Positions 1 through 11,554 of a stretch of 64,000 nt of DNA are shown piece by piece; the stretch's first letter is position 1, and each line of letters begins with the position of its first letter. The DNA comes from Phoronis australis (Eukaryota > Animalia > Phoronida), in contig NMRA01000031.1 of assembly GCA_002633005.1 (NCBI GenBank), positions 272,888 to 336,887 of the forward strand, read 5' to 3'. The notes under the pieces were generated by a model. It had not been told where the DNA came from, made no database searches, and saw nothing but the letters and a program-made list of their open reading frames with translations. The translations under genes and the position numbers were made by a program.

Positions 1-336
1 TGCCTTTCCTCAACTCCAGCAGACTATGGAAAGACAGCGAGGCCACGTGGGGACGACCCCATCTCTCAGCTTCCTCCTCGACATCCTCCTCAAACTTTAT
101 CCACCTCGCCTGTTCTTTCCACTCCATCCTATTGTCCACACTAAGCCTGAGCTCATCCAACTGAACGAAAGCCTGGTGCGCATTGTTGTTAGAGGGGAAA
201 GGACGGGACAACATGGGACTGCTCTGGGGAGACCCTTGCACGGATTGTGGCAAATTATCTGATTGATTCACCTTCTTCCTAGACCCCCATTTACGCTTGT
301 GGCGACGGAAGCCCCGCACCTCGTCAAGACGATGAC
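1..336 (-). CDS. SLC4A2: SLC4 anion exchanger (AE2/band-3-like), coding exon 7 (runs off window edge)
   Basis: After acceptor ctgtctgtaccAG (337-338) the minus strand reads (S)[16 protein letters not shown]...[10 protein letters not shown]...[41 protein letters not shown]. This is the hallmark start of the SLC4 cytoplasmic domain (Wx[28 protein letters not shown]). The symbol denotes the SLC4A1-3 clade, not proven 1:1 orthology. Confidence 0.93.
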
Positions 337-1963
337 CTGGTACAGACAGTAGAGCGAGTGTAGATATTGCATGAAGACGATGCCAACTCAAATTGTCAGG
401 CAATAGCTCCCCTGAAATCTGTTTCAATTTTGTGTTGACTTCCAAACTTTAAATTATTAACAGGTTTTCTAGACTTAATACCTTTGGTTCACACTTGTTT
501 CTTTTGTGAAATCAGTGCTTTTGCCACCACAGCAGTCAGGACACATCAAACACATGCTTAACAGGAAGTAAACAGATAGAAGTCGGAACTGTTGGCAAAA
601 ATTGGGAAAGATTGAAAATAGGCAGTACCTATGTATGCAATCGTTGATTGGCGGGAGGAATTGAGCTAGAGAATGAAAAAGAATGTACATTTGCTTGGAG
701 AAAAATGAAGAGGCCATGCGTAGATTGTGAGAATGGAGTATGGTACGACCTTTTTATTGGTCGACGACTTTTATGCCAGAGACGGCAATATCAGATTACA
801 CTTGGCGGCCTGGAATATTGCGGTTTGGCGACTTCTAGATTTCGTGATTTTTGCCAAGTCATCATGCGACTTAGCGTTAAGTTAAGCGTGAAAGGCTGTA
901 TCTGTTATTATGGGTGACGCATTCAATTCAACACACTGAGAAAAAATAAAACACATCTGCAGAGTTTGAAATATCAACTAGCACTCATCTCATTTTACCC
1001 ATAATGAGTGCAATGGTACACATCTGGTCACACGTGTAAATTACTGCTGCAATGTTACAGAAGTAATACATTCTGTAGCGCACAAACGTGTGAACAAATA
1101 TACACTGGATCCCACATAATATTAAGAATGTAGAATGTGAAGAGTTAAAGAGATGGTCACTCATTGCAACTTGTTCATGTGTTGATCAAATTCAACAAGG
1201 TATTAAGGTAAGGTAAGATCTTATCAACAAGCCAGAATGCACAGACAGTATCCAACTCTGACATTGATTGGGTAACAGGACTGTTTTAATAAAAAGTGGA
1301 AAAGAGACAGTCACAGAAAAACAATGGCATCATTAACACCACCAAGTTTTGTTCAGTAAAATGTTAAAGGTGAACCCTCAAAAGAACTTGTTTAAATCAC
1401 TTAAGGTATGATTTTGTTTTTGTTTTACGCAACTTTGCGTTATTTCTTAAAAATAATATCAGTTCCATTTTTGATATCACCTTGTGCATAAGTAGGTCAT
1501 ATTTGAAACAATTCCTACCAGTGTATTGGATAACAGTGCATAAAGTACAGTACAAGGAAGTTAAAACAAAAACAATGTCAACAACTATCTACCACAAATC
1601 TAGCCTGAAATCTCCAACATTCCTATAGAGTGACCTCTCAGCTTGGGAGGACCTGGATGTGAATAGACTCTATTAAGAGATTGACATAGTCAAAATGTAG
1701 AACTTTGACCCCAGGAAAAAATACCTTTTGACCAGTATCTGAAAATTTCATATGAATCCGATTAGCCATTTGCGAGCTATGTTGTTTCGAAGTGAGCAAG
1801 AATTGGACGTTCTTCTTTAAAGAATATCGCTAAATTTTCTTTGAATAAAAACTCAAATGCAACCTTCTGTGCTCACTTCCTGTGTCACTGCTCTCAAACT
1901 GTGAGAATAGCAACATGGTAAAAATGATGTGTAGAGTTGTTCAAGTCACCAAAGCTTACTCAC

Positions 1964-2102
1964 TGGCAATGCTCTCAATGTCCACAGCCTTTAATGTGTC
2001 AGCCTCGTCAGAGGCAAGAGTAAAGTCCTTCATTGAGGCTGGGGTCGGTACTTCATGCCCAGGTACTCGCCAGATTTTGAAGTGTTCTCTACAAAAACGA
2101 GA
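1964..2102 (-). CDS. SLC4A2: SLC4 anion exchanger coding exon 6
   Basis: Acceptor tgttgtcatcAG (2103-2104), donor GTGAGT (1963-1958). Reads SRFCREHFKIWRVPGHEVPTPASMKDFTLASDEADTLKAVDIESIA+A, phase-compatible with both neighbours. The TL...DEA...D....SHR.D/E.V.G.RRH pattern spanning this and the next exon is typical of AE2/AE3. Confidence 0.85.
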
Positions 2103-2362
2103 CTGATGACAACAGCAATTAATGCCAGTTACAACATAGTACTCATTCTAAGTAAATAATGTAACTCCAGAGTATCACAAATATTTGCAAAGTACTCAAG
2201 AAAAAGAAAGTGATATCGATGGTCAAAGAGGGGTTGTGACCTAACGTTATTTTCCTCCTAAATGTTCACAAACCGTCTTGAGAGCTTGGTGTACGATAAT
2301 GTTTAATTAGTGAAACGTGCTTTAAAACCAGCTTCGTTCAATGATATCTAAGAAACACAAGC

Positions 2363-2954
2363 TTTTACTATTATAAATCCTAATAAGAACAGTGTGAATC
2401 ATCTGAGTTTTACTATTATAAATCCTAATAAGAACAGTGTGAATCATCTGAGTTTTACTATTATAAATCCTAATAAGAACAGTGTGAATCATCTGAGTTT
2501 TACTATTATAAATCCTAATAAGAACAGTGTGAATCATCTGAGTTTTACTATTATAAATCCTAATAAGAACAGTGTGAATCATCTGAGTTTTACTATTATA
2601 AATCCTAATAAGAACAGTGTGAATCATCTGAGTTTTACTATTATAAATCCTAATAAGAACAGTGTGAATCATCTGAGTTTTACTATTATAAATCCTAATA
2701 AGAACAGTGTGAATCATCTGAGTTTTACTATTATAAATCCTAATAAGAACAGTGTGAATCATCTGAGTTTTACTATTATAAATCCTAATAAGAACAGTGT
2801 GAATCATCTGAGTTTTACTATTATAAATCCTAATAAGAACAGTGTGAATCATCTGAGTTTTACTATTATAAATCCTAATAAGAACAGTGTGAATCATCTG
2901 AGTTTTACTATTATAAATCCTAATAAGAACAGTGTGAATCATCTGAGTTTTACT
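2363..2954. repeat. Perfect 45-bp minisatellite, about 13.2 copies, ending at an N gap
   Basis: Unit ttttactattataaatcctaataagaacagtgtgaatcatctgag repeated head-to-tail with no spacers. Confidence 0.97.
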
Positions 2955-3196
2955 NTGCTCAATAACTCAAATAACTCAGAAAAAACACTTTTTGAACCTA
3001 TTGATCATCAACAACATATCAGGCCAAGTCATGGTGACTCAAAACCAATCCACCTCATTATTTCAAAACATATTAACACATAGGATCATGTAAAAAATTA
3101 ATAGCTTCACCTTAAGTGGGGCAGGGATCTTGGGTCTTGTTCATGAATAGCAACTTAAGACAGCAATTTGGTTTTACACTCCCACTTAACATTAAA

Positions 3197-3320
3197 GGTT
3201 TAGTCATTAAATTATTAGCCCATCACTGCCTGTATAATGGTTTAGTCATTAAATTATTAGCCCATCACTGCCTGTATAATGGTTTAGTCATTAAATTATT
3301 AGCCCATCACTGCCTGTATA
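3197..3320. repeat. 42-bp tandem repeat, 3 copies
   Basis: ggtttagtcattaaattattagcccatcactgcctgtataat starting at 3197, 3239 and 3281. Confidence 0.95.
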
Positions 3321-3906
3321 CAATTTCTCAGTAAGTAACCATAGTGGGTATATTGTCAGATACTTTTTTGCTACAGTGAGTTTTAGTTATTTTTTCAGAT
3401 ATAGATATGCGGAGCTTGAGAACAAATTTCTCTGTCTCACGTCTCAAGTTGCTTTCTATGAAACAGATTCTCCATGAAACCAACAGCCACTTTACTTTTT
3501 ATGCATAAACGACGTCGCCTACCCTGGCTAACTTATTTAATCAATATGTTATTCACTTTAAAATCCTGTTCACAAGAATCTGTTGTATCTGAGTTCACTT
3601 TAACCAACCCTTGCACCCCACAGTCACAATTTGCATCGTGCCCTAAACATACCTAGTTCAGTTGAAAGTAAAAGTTTTGCCAAGCACAACATTTACAAAT
3701 TGGACAATCAATGGTCCACTAATAAATTTCAGACTTAATGTCTTCGGAATCAATCATCAACGACAACAGGAGTTAAGCGCTTTTACATATCCAATACAAA
3801 GTCGTAATTAAAATCGCTTTTCAAATCTGCAAACTACAGAAGTGTTTGGACAACAAATAAATAAGGCTTCATTTCTAAACTAAAAACATAAAACATGCAT
3901 ATTCAC

Positions 3907-3971
3907 TTGCTTTTTGTGCCTGTCCTTGTGTTTTGTTGATGAGTCATGAGGATCTGGAACTGTAGGAGCAA
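3907..3971 (-). CDS. SLC4A2: SLC4 anion exchanger coding exon 5 (65 nt)
   Basis: Acceptor ctattttcAG, donor GTGAAT; phase 1 to phase 0; reads (V)APTVPDPHDSSTKHKDRHKKQ. Supported mainly by phase compatibility. Confidence 0.68.
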
Positions 3972-4149
3972 CTGAAAATAGAACACCATACCTAGTATCT
4001 TGTCAAGAGCCATCAATGGCTGTTTATATATTATTTCCAGTCATCGAATGGTCCCAGCTTAATTGCAACAGACTAGAATTGAAATCACTGAAAATATCAA
4101 AATTATATGCACTTTTTTTTAAGTATGGTCAACGTTTTTCAATTTGGCA

Positions 4150-4560
4150 CCAATAGTGGGGATCTTAGATGTCAAAATTTTTGACAAAAACATTTGAAAT
4201 TATTTATTTTATCGGTATCATGGTCTGTACTATAGACCTATGATAAGTGAAGAAATTTTAGAGTTCTTCGGCAATGGCCACTAGGTGGCACACAATATGT
4301 CGAAACCATCCAAAATAGGAAGGTGCTATTGTCTCTTTAATAGAAACCTAATTGCCAAATTTCATGAACAACTGTGACTGAACTGAGATGGCACACGGTA
4401 AAAATAAACAAGCCACAAGGAGGCACATACGTAGTTAGATCGGTCTAAGTCATTGCTATCTGTTGTCACTTAATAAAAAAATTTGCCAAGTTTAACAAAG
4501 TTCCTGCAAGGGATGCATAAAATAAAGCCACGGACATAAAAATGTAACTAGGAAGTGACA
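4150..4560. repeat. Degenerate copy of the HINE monomer family
   Basis: ggccactaggtggcaca...tgtcgaaaccatcc...gccaaatttcatgaa and gccacaaggaggcac match monomers at 5.6-7.5 kb. Confidence 0.65.
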
Positions 4561-4697
4561 CAGTAATCAGAGTCATCTGAAATCACTTGGGTTCCTCTGG
4601 AAGTAATAAAATTAGGAGATCTTGACCCTCCTAAATTAGAGCCAGTTTATTCTATAGTTCGGATGGTCTTCGTGCCTACACAAGACACTGTACTTAC

Positions 4698-5037
4698 CGA
4701 TCGTCACTTCTGGCACCTGATTCATACTCTCAATGCGTGCCCGGCTGGGAACAGAGATCATGGGTTTAGCGGTAACCACTGGCAATGGCAGGTCACTCAG
4801 TTTATCCTCCGTCGACTTCTCAGGAATGAGTTCAATGTGACGCCTGTAAATTTCAGTATGCGCCGCGGGCGAGGTCATGAAAGAGTATGGGTGGCCGTGA
4901 TCCATGTGTTCCATTGTTGACATACTGGATGGACAAGAACCAATGTAAAACCCCGCCTTCTGACCATCTACAACACTAGTAGACACGGGCTCCATTTCCA
5001 CAACGGTTTCCACGTGCTTTGGCTGAGGTCCAGAAGT
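4698..5037 (-). CDS. SLC4A2: SLC4 anion exchanger coding exon 4 (340 nt)
   Basis: Acceptor ttttattttgtttAG, donor GTAAGT; open frame TSGPQPKHVETVVEMEPV...KAGFYIGSC...QVPEVTI+G (overlaps ORF 4636..5013). Phase fits both neighbours. Confidence 0.8.
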
Positions 5038-5242
5038 CTAAACAAAATAAAAATTGTTAGTGAAATAAATTCCTAACATTACTTTACGCAAGAAAATGTG
5101 TTTGGTCAACGATCTAAAATGAAATCAAACTCAGAACGAGACATCTGTGTTTCACCTCACTTCAATGCACGTATCATATCACTCACAGGATTTTTAATCT
5201 ATTTCTCATTTATATTCCGACTTGAAAACTACTGCATACTTG

Positions 5243-7675
5243 ACAAGAGCAACGCGGAGCGTTGAAATGCGCCCACAATTGCACCGCATACGGTATCCTT
5301 CTAGGGTTGTTTATTGGTACCATAAAGTGGCCAGTAGAGGGCATACTTTGCAAAATGGAAAGGCATGGTCCTTGTCTCCTCAATAGGCTAGGGGCAAAAT
5401 GTGAGTAATCTTCATAATACAAGCACATCCTATACACCAGTTGCTTAAAGCACCACAGAAACATAGAATTAAAAACAAATTTACCAACATACGAGATTAG
5501 CACAGCATTAGAATGCCAGAAACAAATTTCTACTTGGAACTTTTCCTTCACAGTCACGAAGTAACACAAAGTATACACCTGAAGACCTATGAAAATACAG
5601 AGGTCAATGTAAAATACTAAAATTGCCACTAGAGGCAAATACTAAAATTGCCACTAGAGGCATACCGGTAATCAGAATCATCCTAAAGTCGTCATCGTCC
5701 GTTGTCAACATCACATAAATACACTTGCTAAATTTAGTAAAGATCCTGCAAACGGTTTGGGAGATACAGCCATGGGCGCAAAAAAACAAAACTGCCACTA
5801 GGAGGCGCCACAGTAGTCCAAATCGTCTGAAAATCATTGTCAGCTGTCTTCCTTATAGTAAGCACATACACGCCAATTTTCACAATCATCCTTTGAGCGG
5901 TTTGGTTGATAGAGGGGTGGACGCAAAAATACAGACTCGAAAACAGTAAAAATGGCCACTAGGTGGCGCAAACTACGTCGAATCCATCTGAAAACAGTAG
6001 GATAGCGTCATCTCACTAATAGGTGCCTACATACCAAATTTCATGAAAATCCGTTCAATACTTTTGAAGATACAAAGGTAAGCGTAAAAAACTAAAATTG
6101 CCACTAGGGGGCACACCGGTAGTCGGATCCGACCAAAAGTCGTCATCTTCCGTTGTTAACATCATATAAATATACTTACACAATTTGTAAAGATCCTGCG
6201 AACGGTTTAGGAGATACAGCCATAGGCGCAAAAAAACAAAACTGCCACTAGGAGGCGCCACAGTAGTCGAAATCGTCGGAAAATCATCGTCAACCATCCT
6301 CTACATAGTAAGCATATACATGCCAATTTTCACAATCATCCTTTGAGCGGTTTGGTTGATAGAGGGGTGGACGCACAAAAACAGACTCGAAAACACTAAA
6401 AATGGCCACTAGGTGGCGCAAACTATGTCGAATCCATCTGAAAACGGGAGGATAGCGTCATCTCACTAATAGGTGCCTACATACCAAATTTCATGAAAAT
6501 CCAATAAGGACTTGTGAAGATACAAAGGTAAGCGTAAAAAAATTAAAATTGCCACTAGGGGGCACACCGGTAGTCGGATCCGTCCAAAAGTCGTCATCTT
6601 CCGTTGTTAACATCATATAAATATACTTACACAATTTCGTAAAGATCCTGCGAACGGTTTAGGAGATACAGCCATAGGCGCAAAAAAAAAAAACTGCCAC
6701 TAGGAGGCGCCACAGTAGTCGAAATCGTCGGAAAATCATCGTCAACCGTCCTCTACATAGTAAGCATATACATGCCAATTTTCACAATCATCCTTTGAGC
6801 GGTTTGGTTGATAGAGGGGTGGACGCACAAAAACAGACTCGAAAACACTAAAAATGGCCACTAGGTGGCGCAAACTATGTCGAATCCATCTGAAAACGGG
6901 AGGATAGCGTCATCTCACTAATAGGTGCCTACATACCAAATTTCATGAAAATCCAATAAGGACTTGTGAAGATACAAAGGTAAGCGTAAAAAAATTAAAA
7001 TTGCCACTAGGGGGCACACCGGTAGTCGGATCCGTCCAAAAGTCGTCATCTTCCGTTGTTAACATCATATAAATATACTTACACAATTTCGTAAAGATCC
7101 TGCGAACGGTTTAGGAGATACAGCCATAGGCGCAAAAAAAAAAAAACTGCCACTAGGAGGCGCCACAGTAGTCGAAATCGTCGGAAAATCATCGTCAACC
7201 GTCCTCTACATAGTAAGCACATACATGCCAATTTTCACAATCATCCTTTGAGCGGTTTGGTTGATAGAGGGGTGGAAGCACAAAAACAGACTCGAAAACA
7301 GTAAAAATGGCCACTAGGTGGCGCAAACTATGTCGAATCCATCCGAAAACGGCAGGATAGCGTCATCTCACTACTAGGTGCCTACATACCAAATTTCATG
7401 AAAATCCGTTCAGGACTTTTGAAGATACAAAGGTAAGCGTAAAAAACTAAAATTGCCACTAGGGGGCACACCGGTAGTCGGATCCGTCCGAAAGTTCGCA
7501 CATGCCGTCCCATTCATGAATGGAACATATGTGCCAAATTTCATGAACGTATGTCAAAGGGTTTTGGAGATAGAGCCGCGGACGCCGGACGGACGCCGCC
7601 CGGACGGACGGACGGACGGACGGACAGAGATGACGGCATAATGCGTCCACATATAAATTTGTGGGCGCATAAAAA
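5243..7675 (-). mobile_element. Non-autonomous Helentron/HINE (DINE-1/CvA-pearl-like) element with internal tandem array
   Basis: Subterminal inverted repeat atgcgcccacaa (5267-5278) / ttgtgggcgcat (7659-7670). One end has a short palindrome caacgc-gga-gcgttg next to acaag. The other end has a stem-loop atgcgtccaca...tgtgggcgcat plus an A-run, with a (GGAC)n microsatellite at about 7580-7626. Internal ~150-bp tandem repeats complete the canonical HINE architecture. Confidence 0.8.
5600..7500. repeat. Higher-order tandem array: ~451-bp unit (three related ~150-bp monomers) x ~4
   Basis: gccactaggtggcgc at about 5955/6405/6858/7310, gccactagggggcac at about 6100/6551/7004/7455, gccactaggaggcgc at about 5794/6245/6696/7149. 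Confidence 0.93.
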
Positions 7676-9190
7676 TAGCACTGAATTAATTGAGATAAAA
7701 CCTTGACACCTTTGATATTTTTCCCCTTAACGTATACTGTCACAAGGATATCAATTAAGTACAAGCTGTCACGCACGACAGTCAGCGCAGAAAGTAGTCA
7801 AAGTTTTCTCAAGAATCTTGCTGTGCTTTTATTACCACTAACACTAAGTTCGACCTGCAAGCACGGGAGCTCATAGTTTCCAATGTGGTGCTACCAAAAC
7901 CACGGCTTGGAATGTCCAGTGACAAAAAAGATGCGAATTTTCCAGGTGATGTATCAATCCACTAATTGTCTTGTGTGATAGAAATATTTTTCATGCAGCA
8001 AAATTTAACTGAAACTAACATTTTTGCCTGAATAAAGTCAAAATAATGATAAAAAAAGAGACGAAGGACGAGGAAACTGGAAATCAAATAAGAGGAAATT
8101 GAAACTAAAAAGAGGCAATCCTCTTAAAAGAGGAAAATTCCAAGCCCTGTAAAACAACAGTCCACCTGTATAGACGCATGTACTCAGGCAGCAGCATGTA
8201 AGTCTTGTCCCATGTTCACCCCCATGATGGCAACACCACCCTTCTGTTTTCACACCCATCTGCATTAACACCACTTCATGAACATTGACACCCCTATAAG
8301 TGCTCAGCTGCTTGACAAAACCATTGTGTTACCACTGAATAGTACCAAGCTTAATGTTCATTAATTCACCTGACTATGCCAGATATTCTTTAAGAGTCGA
8401 AAGATAACTGAATGAAAAAACAACTGCTCAGCAGAATTCTGTGTTCACAAAGAGCCTTCAATCGTGTTTTGTCAGGACTGAAAATTGTTTTGAAGAGAAA
8501 GACACAACGATCTATCATCTGATATTAAAAACTTTAAAATGAAAGTGCTCGGCCGAGCGAAACTTGGCAAAATTGACTGAAAAGATGACAATGGAGATGA
8601 TGATGAACATGATAATAATCACATGACGCATAAAGATGTCAAAAATGAGTAAGAAATGGGCTACAGTCTTGTTCAACCGAAGGTAAACCGATAAAAGTGC
8701 AGCAAAAATCAGTCAGCAAAAGAACAGTGTCATCAGAAAATCATGAATAGTTCAAAACACATTTTGCCAAGCAAAATGTTAATGACAACATAACAGGCGG
8801 TCAAAAAAAGCATGTGAACCATCGAAAACACGAAAATACGAGTGGAAAAAGTAAACACATCTACAAAAATGTGCCAACTAATATCACTAGTAGGGACGCA
8901 GAGCAGACTTTCAGTTTCTTTTTATTATTATTTATGGTGGACACCTCTTACGAGCCCAAATCCGGGAATACAAGTAGCAAATACGTAGTCACTTACGCGT
9001 TTTCGAGCGGGCATTTTCGCCTGTGTCGAGCACTGCATAGGAATTAGAAACTAAGTATAATTCGTAGTGAACGTATTTTATGTTTTGTGTAGACTCTGTA
9101 CAATGTATGATAGCAGTCACTGTGCTGCTTAACTCCCTGAAGAATCCCACCACTCAAAAACCCTATGACTCAGTATGACTGCAAGCTTAC

Positions 9191-9291
9191 TTGAGGCTCC
9201 TCCAGCACCTTAGCATGTTTCCCCCTGAGGGACTTGCTGGACTTGATGGGGTGAATGGGGTGCATTGTGGGATAGGATGACCTGTGATGAT
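9191..9291 (-). CDS. SLC4A2: SLC4 anion exchanger coding exon 3
   Basis: Acceptor ctgtctgttccAG, donor GTAAGC; reads (D)HHRSSYPTMHPIHPIKSSKSLRGKHAKVLEEPQ. With the preceding exon it gives 'EFDDHHRSSYP..HP', resembling the AE2/AE3 N-terminal 'DFEYHRQSSHHIHHP' motif. Confidence 0.82.
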
Positions 9292-9774
9292 CTGGAACAG
9301 ACAGTGGAGGTGAATTATCATATCTAATGAATGAGCACAATTTGACAGGCGTCTTGAATAATAAGTGCTCCACTACTCCAATACACACAAACCATATCAG
9401 CCACGTTATGAAAATCGGCGGATCATCCAATGATGACCTGGCCAAAATGTAGGGTTGCATTCTTAGAATTCAGGCGACACTCACAAGTTCTACCAACTGA
9501 AAGTTATAATTGCTAACATTCAAAAACAAAAAACTGACATTCCATTTCTTCCAATTTTCAGCGCATAATATAAAGGCTGCATCCTTATTGCACTATGTGA
9601 ACCTACAAACCTGAAATAGCAAGAAAATATTTTTAAAAATCCCACAACTCCAATTGCAAAATCTGTAAATTAGTTCCTTCAATCAAAACAACTGAAAAAT
9701 GGCCCAACAGATTCACTTTTACAAATCTTCTCAACTACTCATAATCATACAGGGAATTGTCAACAACAACTTAC

Positions 9775-9982
9775 CGTCAAACTCGTACTGTTCTAAAGGG
9801 TGTCGATTAATGGAGTCAACAAGGTCAAAACTCGACCGTTTTGGAGACATTGTGTCTTCAACAGCATGCACAGAGACGATATTTTCTACTTTTAATGTGG
9901 AGTCAAACAGTTTCGCCATCTCACTGTTAACATCCTCCACAAAAGAACCACTTGCAGTGCTTCTTTTTCGACACAAAGGCTT
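9775..9982 (-). CDS. SLC4A2: SLC4 anion exchanger coding exon 2
   Basis: Acceptor cttgttttcAG, donor GTAAGT; 208 nt, phase 0 to phase 1; reads KPLCRKRSTASGSFVEDVNSEMAKLFD...HPLEQYEFD+G. Confidence 0.8.
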
Positions 9983-10143
9983 CTGAAAACAAGCAAATAA
10001 GAAACAACTCTTATTTCACTTCCAAGACCTAATGTACCAAGTAGTAACGCCATCTGAGATTTGGTCTATGAACCTGCCTATTTCCAGCCATGCGACTTTC
10101 AGCGCACAAAACCATGTGCTTTTCAAGCCACCTTACTGAGCCT

Positions 10144-10385
10144 GGGACCCCTTTCCAAGAAAACTGATTTGAATTAGACAAATCTTGAATTTCAGGCAAT
10201 ATTAAGATAAAATTTAAGTTATTCTCAAATCCATTTCATGAATGATATCTTAGGTTTGACTTAAGTTTTTGACTAAGTTTTGTCTTAATTTTGGCTAACT
10301 TACCTGATATGGAGGTTCGAAAGTTCAGACAAATCTTAGACTTAAGTCAAAAATAAACTTAATTTGGTTTCTTGGAACAGGTCCC
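10144..10385. mobile_element. PIF/Harbinger-like MITE, copy 1
   Basis: Terminal inverted repeats gggaccc..ttccaagaaa / tttcttggaacaggtccc; internal cttaag-rich sequence shared with 10572-10820 and 31601-31808. Confidence 0.7.
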
Positions 10386-10571
10386 TGGTCTCAAACAACA
10401 AACGATCAGCTCTTACAAAGACACGAAATTTATCCTTATTTGACAGACATAGACGTATAACCACTAGAATGTTTTATGCTCACATTAACTTCATTTAGTG
10501 CTGTGAAGTTGGAGTGTAAGTCAAGCTTTCTAACTTAAGTCTTAAGTGACTTCTCATGAGACAGAACCCAT

Positions 10572-10820
10572 GGGCCTGCTCCAAGAAAGTGACTTAAGTT
10601 CATTTTTGACTTAAGTTTAAAATTTGTCTTAACTTACTAACTTTGAAACTTCCACATTCCATAAGTCAGTCAAAATTAAGACAAAATTTATGTCAAACAC
10701 TTAAGTCAAACTTAAGATCTCTTTCTTGAATTGGTTTTGAGACAAATTTAACTTTTATTTTAAAATTTACTAAAATTTAAGATTTGTCTTAGCTAAGTCA
10801 GTTTTGTTGGAATGGGCCCC
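10572..10820. mobile_element. PIF/Harbinger-like MITE, copy 2 (inverted relative to copy 1)
   Basis: Ends gggcctgctccaagaaa ... ttggaatgggcccc; reverse-complement similarity to 10144-10385. Confidence 0.7.
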
Positions 10821-11069
10821 AGGTTATTAATGGGAAAGAAAACAAGACGTCCAATTATTAGCTGAGACATGCTGTCAGCTCACTCTTGAACATTTCACAA
10901 ATTCTTAGCATGGAGTAAATAATTGTGACTCCTTTGTGTTAATAGTGGTGCATTTGGTATCCATTGCAATATAAACAGAATTTTTGTTATCTTTTAAAAT
11001 CAATCTGAGGTAAAAACACAAACTTAAGTTGTATTTGAACAACAAAAATTATTAATTTAAGAACAGTTG

Positions 11070-11400
11070 CAACAATTGGTCGGACTTCAAAACCAGCTGA
11101 CTGGACTGTAAAACACAATGGCCGGTGTTTTAACTTGGTGGTCGGATCTCAAAACGTGATATCCGGTACCTCAAAACCAGACGTCCGCAGCCAAAAAATT
11201 GGTTGGCCAGACCCAAAATGGGTAGGTCGATGCTCCAAAGGCCAACTGGTTATAGCAACGGCCATCGTGTTTTGGGTCCAGCCGACTAGTTTTTTGAGTG
11301 AGGCCATTTCGTTTTGAAGTCCGTACAACACGTTTGATCTCCGGCCATTTGGTTTAATTTGTAGTCCTGCCGACTAGTTTTGAAGTCCGACCAATTGTTG
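11070..11400. mobile_element. Palindromic MITE/foldback element
   Basis: Perfect 24-bp inverted repeat caacaattggtcggacttcaaaac (11070-11093) / gttttgaagtccgaccaattgttg (11377-11400), with internal variants of the same motif. Confidence 0.8.
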
Positions 11401-11554
11401 ATTCCCCCTTGAGTTGGTTCGTACAAGAGTGCAAACTCCTGGCAATCATTATTTATGCTACAATAAAATCTTGCCAACTGAAGACACAATATGGTGGAAA
11501 AAGATTTCTTTCATAAAGTATAAATAGCACCAACTAGAATTCTTAACACTTTAA

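Noticed and set aside
26-262. Plus-strand 78-aa ORF
   Set aside because: Antisense shadow of the SLC4 exon on the minus strand.
2088-2090. Alternative acceptor tttttgtAG for the SLC4 exon ending at 1964
   Set aside because: It gives phase 2, incompatible with the phase-0 GT donor at 3906 unless a weak GC donor is used; the acceptor at 2103-2104 keeps the frame.
2322-3083. CRISPR array or repeat protein (ORFs of 206 aa and 229 aa)
   Set aside because: Identical 45-bp units abut with no unique spacers, there are no cas genes, and the context is a eukaryotic intron. The ORFs arise only because the unit length is a multiple of 3.
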